In this document: positions 22,962 through 32,665 of the stretch, piece by piece | How the letters are laid out: each line of letters begins with the position of its first letter | How positions within the stretch are numbered: position 1 is the stretch's first letter | NCBI GenBank assembly: GCA_025558095.1 | Contig: JAIVFI010000020.1 | Span: 1-64,000 of the forward strand | Reading direction: 5' to 3' | DNA from: Hyaloraphidium curvatum SAG 235-1 | Lineage: Eukaryota > Fungi > Monoblepharomycota | Length of the DNA: 64,000 nt | The notes under the pieces: model-generated | What the model was told of the DNA's origin: nothing | The model's database searches: none | Seen by the model: the letters and a program-made list of their open reading frames with translations, nothing else | Translations under genes and position numbers: made by a program

Positions 22962-23715
22962 CGAGCGGCCGCGGCGAGGGGTGGACGAAAGAATCACGGG
23001 GACCGCGGTCGCAAGTCGCGTGGGCCAGGGCCTGACTGGCAGCAGAATGCTCGAGATCGCGGATCCGATGCCCAATCAGCATAGTTATGTAATTCGACCA
23101 TCATCATCTCGACCTGCATAACAACGGTGCCTTTGCCGCGAATCCGCCGTGCGATCCCGGCGCGTGATCTGTTGCTGCGTGCCTCGTCGGGGCGGGCCGC
23201 GAATTGGGGATGTCCGCCAGGTCGACCGCCCATCCGATAGGAGGAACAACAAAAGCTAGTCTACTACTGTAGAAGTGGGAGCGATGTGAGGATTTTGCGG
23301 GTCCCCCCGATGGATCCGACCGCTCCCGAAGGCGGCCGATCGAGGTTCACACACACGAAGGGCGTCCAGCAGCCCATCCATCGCTCGGCCTCATCTCTCC
23401 TTGACAGCACGATCATGCGCAGCCGGCCTTTTCTCGCCTAGATTTCGGACTATTGGACCCAGCTGGGCCGAGTCAGATTTTGTTGAAGGACAGGGTCTCG
23501 CGATCGCCGGCGGGTCCCTGACCGCTCCCCTGACCTGTGGACCGCTCCCCTGTCCTTTCTCTCGGCGCGCACGGCCCACATCCGCGTGCGCGCGGCGCCA
23601 GGTTGAGGCGTCCAGGCATTGGCATTGGCTTTATTGGGGTCCGAGGTGAGCGGCGGACGCACGCCGCGGGGGAGCCGGCTCAGACGCGTCCCTCCCTCCC
23701 CCTCCCCTTCCAGCG

Positions 23716-26700
23716 ATGGCGCGCTTCCTCGCCCTCGCGGCCGCCGCGGCCCTCGCGGCTGTGCCCGCGCTGGCGCAGTCGAACATTACCATCCTCGAAA
23801 ACGGCCCGCCGACGACGTACACGCTCAACTCGACGTCGGCCGGCGGGTGGACCACGCTCGGCGGCGCGACCTTCTTCGGCACAAACAACACCGGCGGCCT
23901 GCGCTTGACAAACAACTCGTTCAACCAGAACGGCCTGGCGTTCCTCAACAGCGTCATCCCCCGCGGTGTGCTCTTCGGCGGCTTCGACCAGCAGTTCGGC
24001 TTCCTGATCGACGAGAACCGGCCCACGGATGCCTCGCAGGCGGACGGCGTCGGTTACCTGTTTGCTGTATGTCCTTTTGCGGCGTTGAGCCCCCCTTTTT
24101 TTCCCGAGATGGTCGCCTTATGTGCCATCCCCCTCTAGCCCCTCACCCAGCCCCCGAACCAGACCAATGGCGTGCCCAACCTGCTCTTCTACCCGCCGCC
24201 CGGCGCCCCCCTGATCCCGGAGGCCGTTGAGGTGCACGTAGGCACCAACGGCCGCGCCGCCAACAACGAGCCCACGGACGCCGACTTCATCGCCGTCTAC
24301 AAGAACCGCGACATCGACTGGAACAAAGTGCCCGCCAACTGCAAGCTCACGCAGCCCAAGGGCACCTTTGTCGGCCGGCCGCTCAGGCTGCGCGCCGATT
24401 ACGGCTACAATCCGGCGACAAACGGCACCTACGTCCTGCGGTGGAGCACGCCGACCAGGCCGTTCCCCGTCGACCCGGACATCAGGTGCACCAACGTGCC
24501 CATGCCCAACATCACCGGCCAGGACATATTCTACAACATCCTGTCGTCAACCGCCCCGGCCCAGGCAAACAGGCACATCATGACGCAGTTCGAAACGGCT
24601 TGTACGTGGCCTCGGATCGCCCCCCGCCGCCCAGGCTCACCCCGTCGTCCTCAGTCTGCACGTGGAACAACTCTGGCTACTCGGGCGGCAACGCCACCAG
24701 GACCCCCTTCTGCTTCTGCGGCCCCGACTACGTCCCCAACGCCGCCGGCAACGCCTGCCTTCCCCGCGGCGTGGTCCCTCCTCCCCCGCCCCCGCCCGCC
24801 GAGTCCTCGGGCCTGTCGCCCGGTGCCATCGCCGGCATCGTGATTGGGTCGGTCGCCGGTGCCGCGCTGCTGGGAGGCGGCGCGTACGCGCTGGCCGGTG
24901 CCAACAGGAGGGCGGCGCTCAAGGATGCGGAGATGGCGCCCGTGCCGCCTCTGCCTCCGGTACGTCCTCTATCTTGTTGATTAAGAGCTCTTCTGATCTT
25001 TCCCGCTGGACAGGTCGGTGCTGCTGCCGCCGCCGGCGGAGCTGGCGCTGCCGGAGCCGCGGGAGCTGCCGGAGCCGCGGGAGCCGCAGGAGCCGCAGGG
25101 GCTGCAGGAGCTGCAGGGGGTGTAAGTGCCGCGGCGGCCGCCCCCGTCGCCGCGGCCGCCGCGCCCGCTGCTGCCGTGAGTTCCTGTCCCTCTGTCTCGC
25201 CCGCACGCACCCATTGATCTGTTTTCGCCCAGTCGTCGATCGCTCCCGCCGTTGTCGGAGGTGCCGTGGGCGCCGCTGCCATTGGCGGAGGCGCCGCGAT
25301 TGCGGTAAGCTGACCGCGTTCTCGATCTCCCCGCTTGGGTCCTGATCCGCATCCCCAGGCTTCGTCCGACAAGGCCGCCGCCGCCGCCGCGGCCCCTGCC
25401 GTTTCCGCCCCGGTTGTTTCCGCCCCGGTTGTGTCTGCCCCTGCTGTGGCCGCCCCCGTTGTGTCTGCGCCCGCTGTGTCTGCGCCCGCTGTGGTCGCAC
25501 CGACTGTGTCTGCTCCGACTGTCGCCGCTGCCTCGGTTCCCGCTTCTGGGGTGAGCTTTTCTCGTCGCCGGGCGCGCAAGTTTGAGCTCATCTGCCTTCG
25601 TAGTCGTCGATCGCGCCCGCCGTCATCGGAGGAGTCGCCGGAGCTGCCGCGATCGGCGGAGGCGCCGCCGCGATTGCCGTACGTTCTCTCTTCTTTCCCT
25701 TTGCCCATGATTCGGCGTCTGATTCGTGCTCACAGGCGTCTGACAAGGCGGCCGCGCCCGTGGCCCCGGTTGTGGAAGCCCCGGTCATCGAATCTCCCGC
25801 CGCTACCGTTGCCGCGCCAAGCATTTCGGCCCCGGTCGTCGAAGCTCCCGCCGCTACTGTTGCCGCGCCGAGCATTTCGGCTCCCGTGGTTGACGTTCCC
25901 GCCGGAACCGTCGCCGCCCAGTCGATTGCGGCCCCGACCGTCGCCGCGCCGACCATTGCCGCGCCTTCCGCCAGCGTTGCGGCCGCCGCTCCCGCTGCCT
26001 CCGCTCCGTCGGCCGGCAGCATCGCGGCCCCCGTGGTTGGAGGCGTTGCCGCAGCCGGTGCCGCCGTCGGCGCTGCTGCCCTTGTGAGTCCGCTTGCTAC
26101 TTGTGGCGGTCTTTCGCTCACCACCCGACGACGCAGCTCAAGAAGGACGACGAGCCCGCTGTCTCGGCCAAGGCCGTTGCGCCCGGCATCGAGCTCCCCA
26201 CCATCCCCGGCGTCGACCTCGCGCCCCTCTCGGCGGCCCTGGGCGACCTCAAGGCCAAGCTCCCCGAGGCCGACTTCCAGGCGCTCGCGGCGCCGTTCAA
26301 GAACCTCGGCACGCCCGAGTTCAAGATGCCCGACGTGTCGGCGATCAAGGCCAAGCTCCCCGACGTGGACTTCTCGGTGCGTTGTTCGCGCGTTGTTCGC
26401 GCCGTGCCCCTTGCGTCTATGGCTAACGTAGCATTTGCAGGGCGTCGAGTCGGCGATCAAGGGCCTGAACATTCCTGGCCTGGACCTCTCCAAGCTCGGA
26501 ATCGGCGCCGGCGTGGCTGCTGGTCTCGGCGGCATCGGCGCTTCGCTCGACAAGATGGGCGCCGACATCAAGGCCGCCGTCCCCTCGGTGGACCTGCCCA
26601 AGCTCGAGCTCCCCAAGATCGACGGCGTCGACCTGTCCGGCCTCGAGGCCTCGCTCGGTGACCTGAAGGCCAAGCTCCCCGAGGCCGACTTCTCCAAGAT

Positions 26701-29318
26701 CAAGGCCGCCTTCGACGGCATCGGCACCCCCGATTTCAAGATGCCCGACCTCGGGTCCCTCAAGGCCGAGCTGCCCAACGTGGACCTGGGCGGGCTGGAG
26801 GCCTCGATAAAGGACATCAAGCTGCCCGACGTCGACGTTAAGGGCGGCCTCGGCAAGATCGGGGCGGGCATCACGGCCGGCGTGGCGGGCCTAGGTGTCG
26901 CAATCGGCGCGGGCGTGGACGACCTCAAGGCGGACGTCGGCAAGCTCGAGGTCCCCAAACTGGAGCTCCCCAAGATCGAGGGCGTGGACCTATCGGGTCT
27001 CGAGGCGTCGCTCGGCGACCTGAAGGCCAAGCTTCCCGAGGCCGACTTTGGCAAGATAAAGGCTGCGTTCGATGGCATCGGGACGCCCGATTTCAAGCTT
27101 CCCGACCTCGACAAGATCAAGGCCGAACTTCCCTCCGTTGACCTCAGCGGTCTCGAGGCCTCGGTAAAGGGGCTGAAGCTTCCTGACCTGAAGCTGCCCG
27201 ACGTCTCGGCCGGCCTGGACAAGCTCGGCGCCGACATCAAGGCGGCCATCCCGTCCGTGGACCTCCCGAAGCTCGAGCTTCCCAAGATCGAGGGCGTGGA
27301 CTTGTCGGGTCTTGAGGCCTCGCTCGGTGACCTGAAGGCCAAGCTGCCTGAGGCCGACTTTGGCAAGATCAAGGCCGCCTTCGACGGCATTGGCACCCCG
27401 GACTTCAAGATGCCCGACCTTGGCAAGATCAAGGCCGAGCTTCCCTCGGTTGACCTCAGCGGTCTCGAGGCCTCGGTGAAGGGCCTGAAGCTTCCTGAGG
27501 TTAAGCTCCCCGACGTCTCTGCCGGCCTGGACAAGCTCGGCGCCGACATCAAGGCTGCCATCCCGTCCGTGGACCTCCCCAAGCTTGAGCTTCCCAAGAT
27601 CGAGGGCGTCGACCTCTCCGGTCTGGAGGCCTCGCTGGGCGACCTCAAGGCCAAGCTTCCTGAAGCCGACTTCGGCAAGATCAAGGCGGCGTTCGACGGA
27701 ATCGGCACGCCCGACTTCAAGCTGCCCGACCTGGGCAAGATCAAGGCCGAACTCCCCTCGGTCGACCTCAGCGGGCTCGAGACCTCGATCAAGGGCATCA
27801 AGCTGCCCGAGGTGGATGTCAAGGGCGATCTCGGCAAGATCGGCGCTGGCATTACCGCTGGTGTGGCTGGCATCGGAGCCTCCATCGGCGCCGGCATCGA
27901 CGACCTCAAGGCCGACGTCGGCAAGCTCGAGATCCCCAAGCTGGAGCTCCCCAAGATCGAGGGCGTGGACCTGTCGGGTCTGGAGGCGTCGCTCGGCGAC
28001 CTCAAGGCCAAGCTCCCCGAGGCTGACTTTGGCAAGATCAAGGCTGCGTTCGACGGCATCGGCACGCCGGAGTTCAAGCTGCCCGACCTTGGCAAGATCA
28101 AGGCCGAGCTTCCGAGCGTCGATCTGAGCGGTCTGGAAGCGTCTGTGAAGGGTCTGAAGCTGCCTGAAGTCAAGCTGCCCGACGTGTCGGCCGGCCTCGA
28201 CAAGCTTGGTGCGGACATCAAGGCTGCGATTCCGTCGGTCGACTTGGGCAAGCTCGAGCTTCCCAAGATCCCCGGCGTGGACCTCTCTGGCCTCGAAACC
28301 TCGCTTGGTGACCTCAAGGCCAAGCTGCCCGAGGCGGACTTTGGCAAGATCAAGGCGGCCTTCGACGGAATCGGCACGTCCGAGTTCAAGCTCCCGGATC
28401 TCGGCAAGATCAAGGCCGAGCTCCCGAGCGTCGACCTGAGCGGTCTCGAGGGCGCTCTCAAGGGGCTCAAGCTCCCCGAGGTCAAGGTCCCCGACGTCGC
28501 TGCTGCTGCGGCAGCCGTGACGGCGGGCGCCGCCGGCCTGGGCGCTGCTGTGGGTTTCTGCGGCTCCTTCCAAGGGCATTTTCTGACTTGACCGTGTCGC
28601 TACAGGTCCAGAAGGCGGGCGATGATGCGATCGCCAAGGTCAACGAGGGCACCGCTTCGGTCACCGAAGCCGCGAACAAGGCTTCCGCCTCGGTGACGGC
28701 GGCCGCCAACCAGGCATCCGCCTCGGTCGCCGACGCCGCCAACCAGGCCCTGGGCGCGCCTTCGGGGTCGCCCGTGGTCCCCGTGGCCTCGGGCGCCGCC
28801 CTGAGCGGCCTCGCCTCGGACCCCTCGTCCCCGTACCGCAAGTACGTCGGCAAGGACCTGACCGCGACTCGCCCGCACACGGCCGCCAAGGACACGGAGC
28901 TCACCGTGGCCGCCGGCGACGTGATCCACCTCATCGATATCAACAAGGACCTCTGGGCCCAGGGCCGCAACGTCAAGACCGGGGCGACCGGCTGGTTCCC
29001 GCTGACTTCCTTCGCCGCCGACACCGGCGCCGCCAAGTCGGACGCCGGGGCCGACCCGTCCGCGCCGTACAAGAAGTACGAGGGCAAGAACCTGACGGTC
29101 ACCAAGCCGTACACGGCGACCAAGGCGTCGGAGCTGTCGGTTGCCAAGGGCGACATCAGTGGGTACCGATCGGACGGACTTTCGAAGCTTGAGCTGATCA
29201 CACCTCGCCCGCAGTCACGATCAACGAGATCAACCGCGACCTCTGGACCTACGGCACCAACGTCAAGACCCAGCAGTCCGGATGGTTCCCCCTGACCTCG
29301 TTCTCGGCCTCGAAGTGA
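23716..29318 (+). CDS. 12-exon type I membrane protein: signal peptide, L-type lectin-like domain, EGF-like knot, TM, Ala/Gly/Pro linker, AHNAK/periaxin-like repeats, 2x SH3 (~1,650 aa)
   Basis: Eleven GT-AG introns (starting about 24067, 24602, 24960, 25176, 25305, 25551, 25679, 26084, 26377, 28550, 29159) join the pieces in frame. Motifs ADGVGYLF (lectin), CFCGPDYVPNAAGNAC, GAIAGIVIGSVAGAALLGGGAYAL (TM), and two ELTV..GD...W..G.NVKT...GWFP (SH3). Confidence 0.8.
26612..28500 (+). repeat. Coding tandem repeat of 312-bp and 357-bp units
   Basis: The anchor CCCAAGATC occurs at 26612, 26969, 27281, 27593, 27950 and 28262 (spacings 357, 312, 312, 357, 312). A further diverged unit lies in the previous exon (about 26190-26376). 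Confidence 0.95.
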
Positions 29319-29494
29319 GCGAGACGAGGGTGTATTGGCTGGAGGAGTGGCTATTCCCGTGGGCACACTAGACGACCACGCAGTATACGGTATGTAGGAG
29401 ATCGGTCGAAGAAGACTGAAGTCATCATCAGCACTGCCTCTGTTCGGTGCTTCGTCTCTTCCTGGTCCATGTACGCGTTCGAGGTGACCCCGCT

Positions 29495-29622
29495 TCACAT
29501 CGCGGGCACCTTCTGCGACACGTAGTTCACCGCGTCCCCGACGGTCTTCAGCTTCTGCACGTCCTCATCCAGGACCTCGATCCCGAACTCGCCCTCGAGC
29601 GCCTGCGCGACCATCGCGAGCG
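29495..29622 (-). pseudogene. Acyl carrier protein C-terminal fragment
   Basis: TLAMVAQALEGEFGIEVLDEDVQKLKTVGDAVNYVSQK matches ACP helices II-IV. The DSL phosphopantetheine site and the N-terminus are missing. Confidence 0.75.
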
Positions 29623-29908
29623 TCACAACGGGTTGAGGATGTTTGTCTGGCTGCTCCTCTTCTACGGGCCGCCCGAGTCCATACACACGGTCATCGAGGA
29701 TGCCGGGGGCAACTGTTACAAGGGTCTCGTGAACGACGTGCTCGACATCGCGCGGTGGAAGAGGTGGATTGCCAAGGGCTCGATCGGCGGGCTGCCTCCA
29801 GAGTTGCCGCAGGAGATCATGTTCCAGTCATGGATACTGGATTTGAAGGACTCCGAAAGAATTGACCGTTCAAATGTGGATTGTTGGATTGACAAAGGTG
29901 CATCATGA
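29622..29908 (+). pseudogene. Family X copy 9, C-terminal fragment
   Basis: GLRMFVWLLLFYG...YKGLVNDVLDIARWKRWIAKGSIGGLPPELPQEIMFQSWILDLK. Confidence 0.82.
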
Positions 29909-29991
29909 ATCAATCAGCCACAGAAGGCAAGGCGGTCGCACCTTCAGCGCTTCGATGCTGTCGGCCACGCGCATGGGGATCTCCTTGGCCG

Positions 29992-30921
29992 TCAGGGAAA
30001 GATGACGATCTGGATCCCGGCGTGCTCGACAACGAGCTCAGATCCCTTCGAAAGCCCGAGATCCCGGATCATCTTGTCGTCCGACAGGACCGAGCCGTCC
30101 ACCTTGAGCCTCACGAATCCGAGGGTATCGAATGCTGGGGAAACAGGGTTACTTGGTCGGGTGCGACAGACGGAGCGTTCGGCCAACGCACGCTTCAGGT
30201 CATCGACCAGCCAACGGAGCTCGCGGACGGAAAGCGAAGGGGAGACGGCCAGATCCTCGGTCCTGGCGACGGTTTCGGGAGCTTTCTCCTCGCGGACTGT
30301 TGGAATCTGGGGTTAATGAGATCCTGTGCGTTGCCGACGGATGGTGCTCACTGGAAAGTTTGATCGTGAAGCTGCCCTCCTCGTCGTCGGTAATGGTCTG
30401 GCGTGCACGGAGCACCATTTCCTCCCTCGTCATCTCCTTCGCCTGCAACCGCAGCTCGAACGGCATTGATCCGGCGGCCGACAGCGAGACCAGGTCGTCC
30501 AGGACCTCGGGCGGCGTCGACAGGGGGATGCGGAAACGAGGCTGGTGGTAGTCCTCGACCAAATGGCATTTTCCATCGCCCGTCCTGACGAGCTGGCCCC
30601 CGTGTCTTCGGTAAGCTTCGTGCACGGGAGGGCGGTTTCGCACCACCTCACATGTAGCTCGTCGAGCCCGCTGCGCGCCTCCAGCACCCCGGCCCTCCCC
30701 TCGTCAAAGTACGCCGAGAGCGGCTTGCCCGGGTCGAGCTTGTTGAACGTGATGTAGAGCGCCTGCTCCGCCGGGTGCACGTCGAATGTCGGGTGCTGCC
30801 GCACGAAGTCCGCCACCGCGGCGCCGACGATGGCCGCCGCGCTGCGCTGGGCGGCTCTGTCGGAGATGTCGACAAAGTCGACGCCGCGAACGGAGGCCAC
30901 GCGGACTCGCAAGGGCGCCAT
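29992..30921 (-). CDS. Protein with ubiquitin-like domains, multi-exon, possibly frameshifted
   Basis: N-terminal Ubl-like segment (LRVRV...EQALYITFNKLDPGKPLSAY) and C-terminal Ubl-like segment (VSPSLSVRELR...VRLKVDGSVLSDDKMIRDLGLSKGSELVV). Intron-like stretches are present, but one junction does not keep phase. Confidence 0.55.
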
Positions 30922-31077
30922 CCTGGGGCAGCAGAGCGGAGTTGATGGGGGGGACGCCAGCCCCGCGAAAAGTCGGCGCTTCAGCTCTCCCCGGCCGGCA
31001 CGAATAGCTCCATATCTCTCCTAAAAGGGCACAATCGACGGAAAAGAGCTCCAGGAGACGCGAGAGCCGGGCCCGCG

Positions 31078-32307
31078 ATGTTCTCCCTGTTGCGCCAACG
31101 CGTGCTGGCGGCCGGCGCGGCTCCCGTGTTGGTCGCCGCCGCAGAGGGGAACGTGGACCTGCTGCGGGAGATTGTGCCGTTGCCGGACGATCCAGAGAGA
31201 GTAGACCGGCTGGCAGCGCTGGGTGTCGCAACATTCTTCGAGCCGGATTTACGCGCGTCATTCGTGGGCAGAGTCGGTTGGTCGGCAACCGACGTGGCCG
31301 CTGCAGGCGGACACGTGGGCTTCCTCGCGGCGTGGGAAGAGCAGGTCGGTCCGTTTGCTCTGGAAAACGCGTTCGTTGCCGCGTTGGTCTGCTTCGCCGA
31401 CACCACTCTCGCCTGGATGTTGGAGAAAGCGGCTGGACTGTCCGACGGTGCCGCCCCGGGCACATGGCTGGGTTCTCTGCGAAACCAGGCAGCTGCGAAA
31501 TGGTACCTCCTGTGTCTGGCTCGGGGCGACTACGAGATGCACGAAGAACGGTGGCCGGATCGGGTGTTGGATGACTCAGAACTCGAAGCCAGCAAAGAAG
31601 CCTGTCGACGATGCTATCGCACTCTGTTTGAGCGGCTCTTCACCGGCTTTGCGACCTATCCCACCATCGAGGACCAGTTCCTTGAAGGCAGCGTAGAGAC
31701 GGCACTTCTTTTTTCCGGTGGCCTTGTGACGTACGGTTCGATCGACGACCCCAAGACTCGTCGCGAGTGCCATGCTTGGTTCGGCGACGAAAAGATCGGG
31801 GACTGGTTCCACCCCACCCTCTTCGAAATGATGCTCGACGAGGGTGTCATCGTCGCGGACGACGACCTGCTCACCACGTGCGTCGGCTTCGGCGGGGGCA
31901 TGGCGATGTACTACACCGACGGCGGACCAGTGGGCGGCGAGTTCCCCGGACGGCGGCACCTCTTCCTGTGCCTCCACTTGGTCTTCCGGCGCGCGTCGGC
32001 CGCCGGCTTCCCGCCGACAGCAGAACACCTCGCCTGGCTCCTCTCTTCGATCTACGAGTCCGAGGCGCCGCACAGGTGCCTGCGCAGCCTGGTCCTGCTG
32101 CTGCTCTTCTACGAAGGCCCGAAGCCGGGAGAGAGGCTAGACAGGTCGACAAAGGAAAATGCCGAGAAGCGATACCGGGGCCTGGTGGAGGACGTGCTCG
32201 AGGTCGCGAGGTGGAGGCGGTGGATCGACAGGGGCTCGCTCGGCGGGCTTCCTCCGGAGCTCACGCAGGAGATCATGTTCCGGACGTGGATCGAGATGCT
32301 GCGATGA
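31078..32307 (+). CDS. Family X copy 10, the only uninterrupted ORF (409 aa), with an apparent in-frame internal deletion
   Basis: Full N- and C-terminal motifs are present, but the GHGPTARTW...RYFLRLLxDFF block (~35-40 aa) found in the other long copies is missing. Confidence 0.85.
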   Translation: MFSLLRQRVLAAGAAPVLVAAAEGNVDLLREIVPLPDDPERVDRLAALGVATFFEPDLRASFVGRVGWSATDVAAAGGHVGFLAAWEEQVGPFALENAFVAALVCFADTTLAWMLEKAAGLSDGAAPGTWLGSLRNQAAAKWYLLCLARGDYEMHEERWPDRVLDDSELEASKEACRRCYRTLFERLFTGFATYPTIEDQFLEGSVETALLFSGGLVTYGSIDDPKTRRECHAWFGDEKIGDWFHPTLFEMMLDEGVIVADDDLLTTCVGFGGGMAMYYTDGGPVGGEFPGRRHLFLCLHLVFRRASAAGFPPTAEHLAWLLSSIYESEAPHRCLRSLVLLLLFYEGPKPGERLDRSTKENAEKRYRGLVEDVLEVARWRRWIDRGSLGGLPPELTQEIMFRTWIEMLR

Positions 32308-32665
32308 ACGTGCAAGTGTGGCTCTCGTTTCACTCGACTTGCAGTCCCCTTCCCGTCCTCCGCGGGGAACACCTTCGCCAACCACCCCGGCGCCTCCACC
32401 CCAGCCTCATCTAGAAAGGCCGCCAGCGCCCGCACCGAGTCCGCCAAAGGGAGATATTCCCTCCGCACCGCTTCGGGCCCCGCTGCCTCCGATGTGCAGG
32501 GTAATCTACTGCAGCTGGGGTTCCTACGATTGGCAGAAACTTACTGCTTCGATTATTTGGACGAATCGTTCTTGCAAATTGGTTTCAATGGGGTCTTCCC
32601 TATCAAAAGTTTGTATATCTGTTATGCAAACCTGCGGATGTATAAGAGGGAGCCCGAAAGGAGTG

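Noticed and set aside
1786-23233. Numerous overlapping Arg/Pro/Gly-rich ORFs in the track
   Set aside because: They are alternative-frame products of GC-rich coding DNA.
26612-28500. CRISPR-like or satellite array
   Set aside because: The units are 312/357 bp, in frame, vary at synonymous sites and have no unique spacers, so this is a coding repeat.
25588-28579. Very long antisense ORFs (965 aa and 529 aa) over the repeat region
   Set aside because: They are shadows of the plus-strand repeat gene. Biased, GC-rich codon use removes antisense stops, and the splice signals and domains are on the plus strand.
1935-32307. Family X as an autonomous transposon
   Set aside because: I saw no transposase, RT or integrase motifs, and no shared terminal repeats, TSDs or poly(A) tails by eye in the flanks. 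Non-autonomous mobility is not excluded.
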